A stretch of 64,000 nt of DNA from Alloascoidea hylecoeti (GCA_001600815.1 BCKZ01000002.1:248001-312000); one strand, 5' to 3'. Positions 11,295 to 25,330 are shown, counted from the stretch's first letter. Notes: generated by a model not told the origin, from the sequence alone. A program made the numbers and translations.

Positions 11295-13068
11295 ATGGCC
11301 CTTGGTACTGTTAAAACGACGGTTGTCTCACCCAGTGTATCTATTGGGTTTCTGAGTAAGGATTTTATCAGGTCATTTCCGACTTAGAAATCCATCTAAC
11401 GGTTGGACATAATTATAGGGCTGGGATCATCTATTCATACTATCGTGTCTCGGTTGAGGGCAGATAGAGCCTCTTTTTCTTGTATCGAGATTTGCTATTC
11501 AGCTCAAGACCCCTTACGCGTTCCCATCATCATACTCTTAAAGGAAAATGGACTGAGACTTACATTTGACCCAGAGGAGCAAAGACTCCGGTTAGTGGAG
11601 GTGTTAGAATGGGGTAAAATGGTTTTCTCCTATAAAAATACCGAGTTTGGGTAAGCTACAAAATTGAATATATCAATCGACAAGAATATACAACTAATAG
11701 CGAATCAAAGAAAACACGGAAACCCCAAATTTAGAACAATATATAACAAGGTCTTTGGGTAAGAATTTTAACCAATTCTAGATCTGTTTTTAAGGGTTAT
11801 TTCTAACCCTGAACTTATAAGACCCACGTTTCCTGGGAAATGGTACCCAGATTCAGGAACCTATATACTCTCATATCCAGTAAGAATGATATTTCAATCG
11901 CTCATTATCAGACTGCTTATTGTACTAACTTGAATATGTGCTTTTTAGGGGATTTCCTTTTCATTTGAACTCCCTGCAATCGAGACACCATCAGATACAC
12001 AGGAATTCGTGAAATATCTATCGAACTCGTCATCCCTAGCGTGTAAGTCTTTTGCTATATTCAAAGGACATTCTTGGGAAGAAGGAAAAAGATGGGTGTT
12101 TGATAATTCTATCAATAAAATCTCATCTGATGATTTATTTTTGGGAGGAGAAACGGGGATGCTTGATTTAGATGGTATATCTATTGATGTAAGATTGAAA
12201 ATACTGGAAGAAATAATTTCTTTTAAACGGAAACTAACATCTACTTTGCATCATTAGCTACAAAAACGTAAATCTAAGTTTAAATTTTTATATCATAAAA
12301 ATGGATTACAGTCGGTTGATATAACGTTAAACTCCACGACAATGCAAGATGTCATTGTGAGCTTAGGGGCACCTTCAGAAAGATTTAAGAAAACAGATTC
12401 TAGACTTTTAATCCATTCAGATAACTTGGAGGGAAACCAAAATGAAGGTGAGAACTCTTTGTTTATCATTTGCAAAGATAGAATTGAATTAATGGATTCT
12501 AATTTTAATTTTTTGCCTTTTAGATGAAGGAATCTTCTTCAATTATTTTGATCTTGGATTTGATATATTATTTGATACCAATAAATCTCCCCCCAAAGTC
12601 AAAAAAATAATCATACATTCAAATGTTCCCTCATCTTCTACATTCTTAAAATATAAACGATGCCGTTGGATGCTTACAATGAATGGAGATATAACCGCCA
12701 ATTCAGAACAGTATTACGATGATCTACCAGAAGAACTAAAATCTACAAGCGACCCAATGTTGTTAGATCGGACGGATAATAGCCCAAATAGTAGTGTCGA
12801 ATTGATTAGTGATGATGAGGATACAGAAAGCGAGGATGAGGATTTTTTTATGGGTGGTTTAGAAGATATTGGCGAATTAAATATCGATAAATGTATTAAC
12901 AAACTTATTGATCTACCGCCTGTGGGAAATGATATAGATTACAAAATAAATGGGATCGTCCCAAGAAGAGAAAGAGAAGATTGGTCTCAGAGTAAGCTTT
13001 ACGGTATTGAAGGGATTATTTGGGAGGTAACCAAAAATGGAGTCATCAGTTGTGTTACCTTCTATTAA
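11295..13068 (+). CDS. UPF0183/PHAF1-family protein, multi-exon (exon limits partly inferred)
   Basis: Spliced SIGFLRLGSSIHT..ENGLRLTFDPEEQRLRLVEV..IYNKVFGPTFPG..LSYP..TTMQDVIVSLGAP..FFNYFDLGFDILFD..GIIWEVTKNGVISCVTFY. Confidence 0.82.
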
Positions 13069-13170
13069 TATTGCATCGAAGATCATATATAATGGTCACC
13101 TTGGGTGGGTTTTTTTTTGCCTTTTTGTTTTCAAATTAAAATTCAAATTAGATGAAACAATTGATATATG

Positions 13171-13197
13171 ATATATATATATATATATATATATATA
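13171..13197. repeat. (AT)n microsatellite
   Basis: About 13 AT units between two convergent genes. Confidence 0.9.
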
Positions 13198-13306
13198 CAT
13201 GGTATAAGAACTATAAGAGCATATAATATTATATATAACATATCAAATTAATAATTGTCTTTAAAAGAATTGTCGAGTCTGGCTTAATGTGGAATGCATA
13301 CAACAT

Positions 13307-13984
13307 CTAGAGCCCGGATCTGAGTAGTCCAACTAGTATATTGGTACCCGCAACAACACCATCGATTATTTTGATCTCATTTCCAACCGCATCAACAACT
13401 GCTTTTTCTAATCCTGACATGCCAGCACAACCAAGACAAACTACTTTAGCTCCATCTTTAATCGCTTGTTTAGCGCATTCTCCAATCCTTTTAGCAACAA
13501 CATCAAATGACAGTCCGTGCAATTCCAGAACACCAAGCCCGGTAGAGTATGTCCTAGTGAAATGAATGTCAGAGCTAGCTCCCAGAAATTTAACCACAGC
13601 ATCGTCAAGGATTCTTTCCCAAGGTTTCCCTGTTGTGACAATCGCACATTTACCTCTCTGAAGTGCTAGACTTTGAATGATACTAGCATGAAAGATGTCC
13701 AAAACTGGTTTGGTAGTCTCAGACTTCAACAAACCTACTAAGGGATGATCTGAATAACAGGAAACAAGAAAAGCATCATGCTTGCGAATTAATGATATTA
13801 AAGCTTGTATACAACCTTGTGCTGATTGATCTGCCGTGACATTATCGTCAACCGAAGAGGGACAACTATCAGCAGGCCCAGTAAAAAAAGAATAAGTAAA
13901 ATCCGGAGGAGGTTTAAGATAATCCTGGAGTGTATCTGTTATCGATGAAGATGAATTAGGGTTTATTATAAGAATTGATGGCAT
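13307..13984 (-). CDS. DCG1: Asp/Glu/hydantoin racemase family protein Dcg1
   Basis: MPSILIINPNSS, FLVSCYSDHPLV, VVCLGCAGM and IIDGV motifs, with two conserved Cys. ATG at 13984. Confidence 0.9.
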   Translation of the reverse strand: MPSILIINPNSSSSITDTLQDYLKPPPDFTYSFFTGPADSCPSSVDDNVTADQSAQGCIQALISLIRKHDAFLVSCYSDHPLVGLLKSETTKPVLDIFHASIIQSLALQRGKCAIVTTGKPWERILDDAVVKFLGASSDIHFTRTYSTGLGVLELHGLSFDVVAKRIGECAKQAIKDGAKVVCLGCAGMSGLEKAVVDAVGNEIKIIDGVVAGTNILVGLLRSGL

Positions 13985-14531
13985 TTGGCCATATATATGT
14001 GCCTTTTTCAGGGTTATATACATGATAAAACTTACGCTGTCGTTTCTTAATATACGCATCGCACTATAAATTTTCAGTCTGAGTTACAACTTTTTCTTTT
14101 CACATAACACAACTTGAAGTAAGTAAAAATTGTTTTATATCTTTGTTATTTCTGAAGATGATGATTTCCATAATGCATAGTTCAACTGAAGTACTAGCAA
14201 TGTTGATAAACAAGCCATAATGTCTTTCGCTCCTATCTGATTTTGAAGTTTCAAAATATTAAATTGTTCTTCTGTGTGGAGACGTTTTACTAACCTATTT
14301 TGAAGAATTGTTTTTTAGTGAAGCAAGTAATGATAGGCTGAATCATTAAATTATTGTGTGGGATTGTTGGACATAGATTTATGCAAGTAGTAATAGGTGT
14401 TAAATATAGCTACGTTGGTCATTTTACTTTTTAATCGAAAATTTTCTTTTATGGGCAAATTTTTTTCAGTTGTGTATCAAACGTAGTAAAAATTAAATTT
14501 CATGTGAAGCAAATTATGGTTATACATTTAT

Positions 14532-15547
<1,016 letters not shown>

Positions 15548-15718
15548 CTCAATTTATGATTATAAGTAATGATGTTTGATGGTGAAAGAAATCGAAAAAT
15601 AAAGTAAAAAAGTACACAGTCCAATGGATATCAATGATTTTTTACCCAACATATCTAATGACAAATACTGAGATTAAGATAAATTTATATTATATGAAAT
15701 GAGTATATAAATTTTATT

Positions 15719-16056
15719 CTAGGGTAATTCTTTTTTGACAGATTTTTTCCAATTAAGCTTGCCGTTATTTGGTTTTTTACCAGGAGTCTTGGGCAATACA
15801 AAGATACGGCCCTTTCGTCTTACCGTCTAATATGAAATAAAGCGTTAGGACATTTTAGGCCATTAAAATAATGAGATATGATCGAGGGTTTACTTACATA
15901 AGTGTCATGAGCTTTCTTGAGTTTCTTTCCAGTAGTTGAAGAATTTGCGTTGGTACTTAGCCCTCTAGCCAAAATTGACCCACCAGGTATTACTAAATTA
16001 AGTAAAGAACTTGATTTCCTCACTGAACCGGTATTAAGTCGAAGAGCTGATAACAT
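15719..16056 (-). CDS. Divergent mitochondrial ribosomal protein bL36m (Rtc6-like); exons 16056-15898 and 15826-15719
   Basis: Arg/Ser/Leu-rich presequence. A GTAAGT..CTAAC..TAG intron joins KKLKKAHDTY to TVRRKGRIFV, the bL36 core motif. Confidence 0.65.
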
Positions 16057-16489
16057 TGTTGGACCTAATTATTTTTATTTACAGAACTTGGGAGTCGTTT
16101 TCCTGTTGAAACTAAGAATACAAACCTCCGAACGCCAGTGAAGATGGGATATTAATTTCAAAGCATGGTAATGTCCATGTTATTTAGTTATAACATACGA
16201 AGAGATCAAAATGACATTAAATTAATTAAGCATATTATATAAATGCCTTACAGAATAAATACGGATGCAATTAGTGCCTGTAGCAAACTCCCCCAAAATA
16301 AGCTATCTAAATGTAAAAACAAATTAAATCAGAGACACCCGTAAAAAAAGAATAGTGACAACACATAACATGAACAACCGTGAATAGATACTAATCAGGT
16401 AGTTAAATAAATAAAAAAAAAAAATAAAAAAAAAGACTAGTTAAGTAAAAGATATATACGCGTAGCAATATTAATGGATAAAAATATGA

Positions 16490-18106
16490 TTAAGAGGGTT
16501 TGATTTGACCTGTAGAAAGGGCACTACTTAAGTTCATATCAACAAATCTGCTTTGAGCTTGTTGAGCTTGTAAACGAATAGAAGCGAGATCGATTTTAAC
16601 GCTATCAGGAGATCCTGTGGTAAAACGAAAATTTTGACGCTGTAAGGTACGGGGAACATCACCTTTATCATTAATATTCACAGAAGAGTTATTTGACTTC
16701 CATCCTTCTAACCACATAGCTGTCAAAATAAATTGTGTTTCTGATTGCGCCCCAGTCTTAACAAGTTTTGAGTTCTTTGAAGAATATTTAGAAGAATTAA
16801 AAGATGGCTGAATAGTCATCTCAGATGATGAAGGAGGTTGCGAATCTTTATTATTTGTTGAATTAATTCGACCCATACTTTTGTAAGATAAAGCCATCTG
16901 AGAATTTCTAAGCTTACGCGCCACATTATTAGAAAGTGGAATTGTATCCACATTACATTGTCGTTTTCTATTTCTTTTTAAAGATTTAACAACCGGATTC
17001 CAATAACGGCGCACTGTTAAATATTCTCTTGATAATCTTTCAAATTCCATCTTATCTTGGATATTCGTACTATAAGAATATAATGACAATCTGGAAGCTT
17101 GATTACTTAGGTCCATTATGCTATTCTCTCGTTGGAGCCAAAGACGTTGCTGTGTTCTATTAACAGGTAAGCCATCTGCACCTTGAAACTGATTATCAAC
17201 CGTGTTGGTTGCCCTAAAAGAAATATTACTGTTTCTTGATGAAGTAGAAGAATCTTTAGTCGTTTGTGAAATCTTAAATTGTGAATGAGAACGAGATAGG
17301 GCTGAGGTATGTTTTAAGTCTTTCGACAACACCGGTTGATTAGCACTCTTACTGATAGATTCATCGGAGAGTTTCCTTTCAATACCCGTAGATTGTGATA
17401 ATACTACATTATATAAACCCAAATGTTGTGATTGTGGTGAATTCTCTATAATCAGTTGCTTGTTTGGAAACTTTGGCGCTGCTGTGGTTGTTTTATCAAT
17501 ATTTTCAACATGCGGTACAAGTGAAAGCTTTTTCAACTCATTTTTTATGTTTCTAATTCCTTTATCTGTTATGGAGATTTCTGTGGTCTCCGTTATCTTG
17601 TCATGATCTACATTTTCTTCGTCCGTATCAGACGATATATTCATAGGTGTACCATCAGAGTTGCTATCCGAGATGATGAGTTCCTCATGATCAGACTCCT
17701 CACCATGTCCATTTTCAACTGAAATATGAGTACCTTTCTTCGTTTCGGATTCAATACAATCCATATTCCCAGGTGACTTTGTGACCAATTTTGTAATGCC
17801 TACCGATTTAGCCCGCGATGCAGCAACATCAGATTGTCTCCTTCTACACATAATAACAGCATCTGTGCTTTTGGACCTTATAATTTGCATCCTCTGTGCT
17901 GGATGATCTATATTCGTCAAAGGAGCCAAAACTCTTAAATGGTCACTTGCATGTTCATGTGTGAGCTTTGGTGGCTTCGTAAGGTTTCTGGATGAATTTT
18001 TGTGGCTTCGGACAGTAAATTGCTTTTTTTTTCTTGTTCGTTCATCAGTTAGAGATTTTATAGAGGATGTTGATTTCCCTCTGGCAAGTGGTGGCTTCTG
18101 AGACAT
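16490..18106 (-). CDS. TCO89: TORC1 subunit Tco89-like protein
   Basis: Disordered Ser-rich protein with NRTQQRLWLQRENSIMDL..EFERLSREYLTVRRYWNPVVKSLKR. Confidence 0.78.
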   Translation of the reverse strand: MSQKPPLARGKSTSSIKSLTDERTRKKKQFTVRSHKNSSRNLTKPPKLTHEHASDHLRVLAPLTNIDHPAQRMQIIRSKSTDAVIMCRRRQSDVAASRAKSVGITKLVTKSPGNMDCIESETKKGTHISVENGHGEESDHEELIISDSNSDGTPMNISSDTDEENVDHDKITETTEISITDKGIRNIKNELKKLSLVPHVENIDKTTTAAPKFPNKQLIIENSPQSQHLGLYNVVLSQSTGIERKLSDESISKSANQPVLSKDLKHTSALSRSHSQFKISQTTKDSSTSSRNSNISFRATNTVDNQFQGADGLPVNRTQQRLWLQRENSIMDLSNQASRLSLYSYSTNIQDKMEFERLSREYLTVRRYWNPVVKSLKRNRKRQCNVDTIPLSNNVARKLRNSQMALSYKSMGRINSTNNKDSQPPSSSEMTIQPSFNSSKYSSKNSKLVKTGAQSETQFILTAMWLEGWKSNNSSVNINDKGDVPRTLQRQNFRFTTGSPDSVKIDLASIRLQAQQAQSRFVDMNLSSALSTGQIKPS

Positions 18107-18233
18107 TGTATGGTAACCTGGGGGTTGCTCAGCTGCAGTACTAATAAATGATAAGCATATTTAGTTAAGGAGGTTGGGTGTTCATAATTATATTATATCC
18201 AGGCCTCACTTCCTTCTCAACTTCACAATAGGG

Positions 18234-20317
18234 ATGGATCTTTACAAGGCAGCCCAGTTTTACGTCGACAAGTTCATTGGGTTAGATTCCAAGGCCAATG
18301 ACAGTGGCTCCCAATCGTCTTCCCTCCAGACCTCCCGGATAAAAGTTCTACTGTTGGACAAAGAGACAGTATGTAACAGAAATTTATTATTTGAAAGACA
18401 CAACTAACAGTTCCAAATTAGACACCGATCATATCATTATGCTCCACACAATCGGCATTGTTACAAAAAGAGATATATCTGATTGAGTATGTTTCACTGA
18501 AAAGGAAATTAATAATTTATCTTTGAAATCAAAGCCGATTCTAATTATAACCGCTAAGCCGCATCGATAATCTTAATAGGGATAAGATGAGGCATCTCAA
18601 ATGTGTCTGTTTCCTAAGACCTTCACCAGATTCTATAGAGTTTCTGGTGGATGAGCTTAGAAGTCCTAAATACAGTAGCTATGAGTTGTGTAAGTTTTTA
18701 TTGTGTCTCAGTCATGAAAATGTGTGCTAATATTTTATTCAATTAGTCTTCAGTAATACAGTACAAAAGAGTCAATTAGAGAGATTGGCCGAATCAGATG
18801 ACTTTGAAGTGGTGACGAAAGTACAAGAAACATTCATTGACTATCTGGTAATAAATCAGGACTTCTTCGCTCTGGATTTATACTCACCACAGAAGAGGGT
18901 TCTTGGAGATAAGATCGACACCTGGGAAATGGATTCTTTTCATCGTTCCACAGAAGCTATTATAGCTTCATTATTATCATTAAAATTGAAGCCAATAATA
19001 AGATATGAGAAAAATAGCACAATGGCCAAGAAGCTGGCCGCCGAGGTGACTGTAAGTATTTTTCAAATGAACTGTTTTTGTAAGTATTTCTAACATGAGT
19101 TTATGTATATTTAGTATACTATAAAGCAACAACCGCAACTTTTTGAATTTTCTCGAAAGGATACCCCACCTGTTCTTCTTATTCTTGATAGAAAAAATGA
19201 TCCTATAACACCTTTACTTACACCATGGACATATCAAGCCCAAGTCCATGAATTGATAGGTATTCATAACAATCGTGTTGATTTATCAAATGTCCCAAAT
19301 ATTGCCCCAGAATTAAAGGAGGTTGTACTATCTCCATCTCAAGATACATTCTTTAAGAAATCAATGTATCTAAATTTTGGAGATCTTAGCGATACTATTA
19401 AAGATTACGTACAACAATATCAATCGAAAACGAAATCAAACAGTAATTTGGAAAGTATTGCCGATATGAAGCGTTTTGTTGAAGAATATCCAGAATTCAG
19501 AAAGCTTTCAGGAAATGTCACCAAACATTTATCCTTGGTCAGTGAATTGGATAAAAAGCTATCTGAACAACGATTGTGGGATGTTTCTGAGTTAGAACAG
19601 AGTATCGCATGTAATGACTCTCATACTTCGGATTTAAGAGAATTAGAAAAGCTGTTACAAACTCATTCCGACCCCCCTAATGAGCCGCAGCAAACACCTA
19701 TATCTGATGATGCTAAGATACGATTGGTCGCAATTTATGCTCTTCGATATGAAAAACATGCATCCAATAGTTTACCTAGATTGTTATCGACTCTTGCTCG
19801 AAATGGTGTTCCGGCGAATAAAATTGAAGTCATACACCACTTACTAAGATACGCCGGATCCTCCCAACGGTTGGGAACTAATGACAATGATTCCTCAATC
19901 TTTGCGAGGGCGACATCTACTCTGACTGGCGCGAGCAAAAATAAGAAGGATAATGTTTATATGCTTCATACTCCAAGGTTGGAGAATATACTCACTGAAG
20001 TTGTTCGTGGACGGTTAAAAGATACGCTGTATCCTATTCTTGATCCATCCGATAGGAAGCCATCATCTCTCGCTTTTGAAAAGGCACAAGATATAATTAT
20101 ATACATTGTTGGGGGTGCTACATACCAAGAAGCTAGACTGGTAGCAGACTTAAACTTAAGTAGTAAAGGTATTAGATTCATTCTTGGTGGTACAAGTATC
20201 CATTCTACAAAATCATTCCTCAAAGACATTGAAGATGCTGGTACAAGATGGGGTCCTCCAATTGCTATAACAGCGAGAGGTCGTATGGAAGACCGCTTAA
20301 GTAACATCAACTTTTAA
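18234..20317 (+). CDS. VPS45: Sec1/Munc18-family vacuolar sorting protein Vps45; 5 exons
   Basis: IKVLLLDKET, MRHLKCVCFLRP, LAESDDFEVV, LLILDRKNDPITPLLTPWTYQA and IVGGATYQEA motifs. Confidence 0.96.
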
Positions 20318-20603
20318 TATATATAGTAATGCTTTTCTCTCGTGGTAAAACTTTAGCGTAAAACATTTTAAATTAATATACACCGTACACTTTTTTTTTA
20401 TAAGTTGTTATTATCATCATCCATAGAAAGCCAAAAGTCAGAATTCAAAAGTCAAAAATAAATAAATAAATAAATAAAAGAGTCATATATAAACAAATAA
20501 TATCATAAGGGTAATAATGCATTAAAATCAAAAAAGTTAAGGATTTGAATGAAGAATTGCAAAAGAGGTGTATTATAATGCTTAAAGAAACCTAAAAATA
20601 TGT

Positions 20604-22244
20604 TTACTCTTTATCTCCGTATTTTCCGAAGTTCTGTTCCCAGACAAGCAACTTTCTTGTTAAACTATCCATAAGAGTTAGACTTCCCTTATATTTATCA
20701 AATAGAGAGTCAAACACGTGGTCAATTTCAGACTGATGTTCCATGGTCAAGTCTTTGTCCTTCGAGTCAGCTAATTCATGACCCTTAAACAATGCCTTTT
20801 CCGTAAAGTCTCGCCTTTCCCTTTGTTCAGTTGCCAACTCTACCTGAGTCCTACCAATAAATTCAAGAATTGCAGCAACACGCTTTTTCATATCCGTCAT
20901 TGTAACTCTTGTGGGTGGGAGTCTTGGTTTTGCTGGTTTGTCTATTTTCGAAGAACGAGACATTGGTGTTCCATTTTGTGAACGTGTGGATACCGAAGAA
21001 TTGGTGGTAGCGGATGATGAACGTTTGTGCCGTTTATTACGTTTTCTGGATTTAACTTCGGTAGAATCAGAGGTTAACTCCATTGATGATAACTCGTTAT
21101 TTGGATGCAACTCTAATGGTTCTTCAACTTTGTCTGACTCGCTTCCTAGTGATTTATCTAAATGAGTATTTCCTTTTCTTCTCTTTCGCGATCCTGGAGT
21201 TGATGCAGAATTGTCTACTCTAGATACTCGTTTATTGGGAGTAACAAAAAATGAATCTGGACTATTGAGAGGATTGTTGTTTTTATTATTGCCAGATTTT
21301 CCGACCAACTCAAGGTCATTTTTCTCATCAATTTGTGCAGATTGTTCTCTTTCTTTGATAGTTGAGAGTTTCTTTTTGAGCTGTCGAGAAGACCTCTTTG
21401 GTGAAGATGATGTTTCTGTTCCTTCGGAATCTGAGCCATTTACCTGGCTGTTTGATTCTAGAGCCGATTCTTGTAACACACGCTCAAATGTCTCCTGATT
21501 TGCGCTGGAATTCAATGTAGAGCGACGTTTTGTTTTTCGAGCTTCATGGGGTGGGGACGAGTCTGACTTGGAGCCTGAAGTACCATTCTGTCTGGATGCT
21601 CTTCTGGAGCTGACATGCTTCTGTGGTGATGATTTTCTCTGGGCAGGAATATATTGAGATGTTTTTCCTCCAGGTTTAACGGTGATGATATGAAGTTCAG
21701 GTTTACATTGCTCACACCAGTATTGATCAGGAACATCTTCAAGAATACCAACACAATATCCATGTTGCCAAACACCACATTTATCACATTGAATAAAGAG
21801 GCCAATATCAACATCTGAGGAAAATTTCGATTCATCCGGATCCTGTAATTCTTCATTTTCACAAATGCACCTTGTAGCTTCTTCTTCTTCATTTTCGTCA
21901 GCATTGACCTCCTTATATTCACCATCTTCAATAGGTGGTAAATCATTATCATCATTATCAGACGCAAAGTAACTTTTTGACGAAGACACCCTCGGCCTTC
22001 GGAGCCGCCTTGACAGTGTATCATTTTCAGTAGGCTCATCTTCCTTTTCCTCTTCTTTCAAAATTTTAGGGGATTTGGACCTTCTCCCTTCATCTTCAAG
22101 GTCCCCTGGACCTTTATGGCTGGTATTATTATTGTTATTATTATTACCGTACTTTCCATACTTGTGATCATTATTTGTCCTGTCAATAGACTTTTTCCTA
22201 GAGTAGGATGCACGGGACCGTGAGCCTCTATGAGAGTATGTCAT
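20604..22244 (-). CDS. CTI6: PHD-finger Rpd3L histone deacetylase complex subunit Cti6
   Basis: PHD finger TRCIC..FIQCDKCGVWQHGYCVG..YWCEQCKP, plus C-terminal KPRLP..MKKRVAAILEFIGRTQ..MDSLTRKLLVWEQNFG. Confidence 0.9.
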   Translation of the reverse strand: MTYSHRGSRSRASYSRKKSIDRTNNDHKYGKYGNNNNNNNTSHKGPGDLEDEGRRSKSPKILKEEEKEDEPTENDTLSRRLRRPRVSSSKSYFASDNDDNDLPPIEDGEYKEVNADENEEEEATRCICENEELQDPDESKFSSDVDIGLFIQCDKCGVWQHGYCVGILEDVPDQYWCEQCKPELHIITVKPGGKTSQYIPAQRKSSPQKHVSSRRASRQNGTSGSKSDSSPPHEARKTKRRSTLNSSANQETFERVLQESALESNSQVNGSDSEGTETSSSPKRSSRQLKKKLSTIKEREQSAQIDEKNDLELVGKSGNNKNNNPLNSPDSFFVTPNKRVSRVDNSASTPGSRKRRKGNTHLDKSLGSESDKVEEPLELHPNNELSSMELTSDSTEVKSRKRNKRHKRSSSATTNSSVSTRSQNGTPMSRSSKIDKPAKPRLPPTRVTMTDMKKRVAAILEFIGRTQVELATEQRERRDFTEKALFKGHELADSKDKDLTMEHQSEIDHVFDSLFDKYKGSLTLMDSLTRKLLVWEQNFGKYGDKE

Positions 22245-22403
22245 TATTTGTGTGTAGAGAATAATATTTCAGAGTTTGTTTAGATCGAAGGACAAGAGAT
22301 TAAGGTTTAAGCAAGTTCAGTCGGATCACGTGTGCATTGCATTCTGAAATTTACCCTTCAATATATCATTATTTAATTTATTTAATATTTATATCGTTTT
22401 TCC

Positions 22404-23939
22404 TCATTTTATATGAGATCTAATTCTTTTCATTGCTTTCTTGAGTTTTGCCTCATCCAAAGGTTTCAAAAGTTCAAAATTGCAGAGTAAAGTCTTTGAA
22501 ACAGACATGACAGCCCCCCAATTATTAAATTGGCCATAATAATTTGGAGCTGAAAATATAGTGACTAACTTCTTGCGATTGAAAAATTCATACCCATTTT
22601 CAACAACCATATGGGCTCTACATACCAAATCAAACCCAAAGTCTCTGCAAAATTTGGAGACAGCCTGCTTACCAAAACAATATGAGATTCCCCTGTCATT
22701 CTCGCTCCAATTGACAGTCTCGGCATCAGGGTCAGACCACAATAAATCACAAATGAATCCAGTGTCCGGGATGTCTGTAGGTCTAACCACTTTCTTTATC
22801 TCATCAAGACTATGTAATGTTGGAGATAAGCCTCCATGTACACAATAGATCTTACCTCCTATAGTAGCAGCTAATGGAAGAGTATTAAACGCATCGATGA
22901 ATGATTTCCATACCTTAACACTGCATCTTCTTTTGCATTCATCGTAGAAGCCATACACTCGAGTTATTGAAGCACATTCATGGTTTCCTCTTAATAAAAA
23001 GAAATTACCTGGATATTTAATCTTAAAACAGAATAGTAATAAAATAGTCTCAACTGATAATTTACCTCTATCAACATAATCTCCCAAAAATAAATAATTG
23101 GCTTTCGGGGGCATTCCACAAAGCATAAACATTCGAATTAAATCATGGAATTGCCCATGAATATCTCCAACCACCTTCACAGGCGAGCCTAACTCTAATA
23201 ATGTTGGTTGTGATAGAAATGTTTCAACTGCGAGTTGGCAAATGGTGAATATATCGGATTGACGAACACACAATCTGCTAGAGTATGACCCTGAAAGCCC
23301 TCTTTCCAGTAATTGTTCGATAGTATTATCAATATCAAAAGATTTATTTTTCGAAGAATTGGGAGAAGTTTTTGATGCTGATATTGGGCTCTGATTGCCG
23401 TTTGTTAATGAGTGTTTATTATGGTGGTGTTGTTTCCCTGTAGATATTGATGAGCTTTTTGTAGTTGACTTACATTGTTCCTCAGTTCTGGGTGCATTAA
23501 CCGAAGTTTCTTCGTGGATAATTGCAAGTTTATTCGTCAAAGTAGGAGACTGAGAGTATTGACTAGAAGAATTTGAAGATACACTACTACTAGCTAAATC
23601 TGCTAAACTAAAATCTGAATCTCTGGACGTAGCTGATCCTGGAGAACTGGATGGATTTAAAGTATTGTCTAACCCCCCTTCTAATGGGTGATAACCATCC
23701 AAGACACTATTAGCATATTTTAAAGAAGGTTTGGGACTCTTTGAGATATTAATGTGAGTCTCTAACGATAATCCCAGAGCATCTATTGCTATCTCATTGC
23801 TATTGTCACCTTGCACAAAGTATTCCAACCCTGTTCCTTTTGAAGTAGGAAAAGATGTGGATTGTTGAGAAATAGCCACAGAATCTTGTTTTATTGCACT
23901 GCTGGGAATAGTAACATTATTCGAATGGGGGTGTCCCAT
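22404..23939 (-). CDS. PPQ1: PP1-related Ser/Thr phosphatase Ppq1
   Basis: GDIHG, GDYVDRG, LRGNHE, HGG and RAH motifs. Ser-rich N-terminal extension and NWGAVMSV are typical of Ppq1. Confidence 0.88.
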   Translation of the reverse strand: MGHPHSNNVTIPSSAIKQDSVAISQQSTSFPTSKGTGLEYFVQGDNSNEIAIDALGLSLETHINISKSPKPSLKYANSVLDGYHPLEGGLDNTLNPSSSPGSATSRDSDFSLADLASSSVSSNSSSQYSQSPTLTNKLAIIHEETSVNAPRTEEQCKSTTKSSSISTGKQHHHNKHSLTNGNQSPISASKTSPNSSKNKSFDIDNTIEQLLERGLSGSYSSRLCVRQSDIFTICQLAVETFLSQPTLLELGSPVKVVGDIHGQFHDLIRMFMLCGMPPKANYLFLGDYVDRGKLSVETILLLFCFKIKYPGNFFLLRGNHECASITRVYGFYDECKRRCSVKVWKSFIDAFNTLPLAATIGGKIYCVHGGLSPTLHSLDEIKKVVRPTDIPDTGFICDLLWSDPDAETVNWSENDRGISYCFGKQAVSKFCRDFGFDLVCRAHMVVENGYEFFNRKKLVTIFSAPNYYGQFNNWGAVMSVSKTLLCNFELLKPLDEAKLKKAMKRIRSHIK

Positions 23940-24412
23940 CTGGAAGTGGAATTATTAAATGTAAGTTTTTAATGAAACCAAAAAAAGAATGGAGCAAAGA
24001 AAAGGGAAAAGCAGGGTGCAACTATTTAATTCGATTTTATGTATAATTACCAATCATGCTTTAATTTTGGATTTTGTGTGTGTTTTAATAAATACCGTAT
24101 CAACGTCTGCCATGGAAATCCAGATATACGGGTTCCATGGCCAACTATATTTATTCTAGAACATCAAAATACCAAATTCCATCTTTTAATATAAGAAAAA
24201 AATTGAAATATACCTTTACTATATTAAATATTAGTGCTGAGATTATAACCATCTTTTTTCTAATTTTAAGATTTATAATTACAAATTTAAATACATAGTC
24301 TGCCGTTAACGTTAGTTTATGATACACATTATAATTATATAATCATATTTGATATACTGCTGGGAGAATAGTTATACGTATAGTCAGCTAAATGAAAGTA
24401 ATAGTCGCAATA

Positions 24413-25330
24413 TTAAAGTTTTAAGTCTTGTAGCGTGATCATACTAATAAATTTAAAAATAGTCATATAAACTAGTTCCACATTGGCGCCATCAATTTCG
24501 TTAATTGACTCCAACATCTCCATTAATTTAAAGTGGAGACATATATAATCCAATAAAAGATTGGAAATTATCGACTCCAACCCCCTACATCCACTTCGTG
24601 AGATTCCGTACTGTATATTCGAAACCAACTAAATGAATGATCTGCTGATCCGCTGAAGATTTTTTAATGTTAGTTTATAACGACGTTGAACGAAGACTCA
24701 ATTTTCATTACCCTGGTAATGAAACCTCAGTAAAGATGAAGGGCGGAGACCCGACCAGTTTCTTTTATTTTTATTTTCTTTACCGATGATTTGTAACCGT
24801 AAACACTGTATGAGCATTGAGCAATGAGCATATATATCTTATAATTGTAAGAGTTATACAGGTATATATAATATTAGCTGTTAAATCTCAACTAACAAAT
24901 AAGAAAATCGATAAATGGTCACTTAGGTCTAAGTTAATTTTGGGGGTGTTGCAATAATTCTGGAATATACAGCTTTATAAGAAGTTGTTGGAAATTGAGA
25001 GGGTTTAAAAGTACCAAGTATTGTCACAAAGACTTGGGAGAGAAGACTACTAGTTAACACCTCTGAATTAATCATTCCATGAAACTTCCCACCAACAACC
25101 CAATATCCCATGTTTTTCTTCAGACTCTTTTGTAATTCTCTTATTATACCCTTACGATCTGGTGTAGATAGCTTTGGTTTGCCGCTATAGTACCAGGGAT
25201 TTTGTATGAAACCAGGGGGCTTAAATGAGCTGATGGAATCTATTGTATCCTTTGTATCATACATTCACAGCAAGAAAGTGAATTTATTTGCTGATGTTGG
25301 AGATGAGGTGGATGGAACTACTGAATTGTC
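24413..25330 (-). pseudogene. Decayed coding-derived repeat, family B, copy 2 (residual ORFs 24929-25264 and 24413-24628)
   Basis: Residual 111-codon ORF homologous to 2860-3050. No recognisable family. Limits are approximate. Confidence 0.55.
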
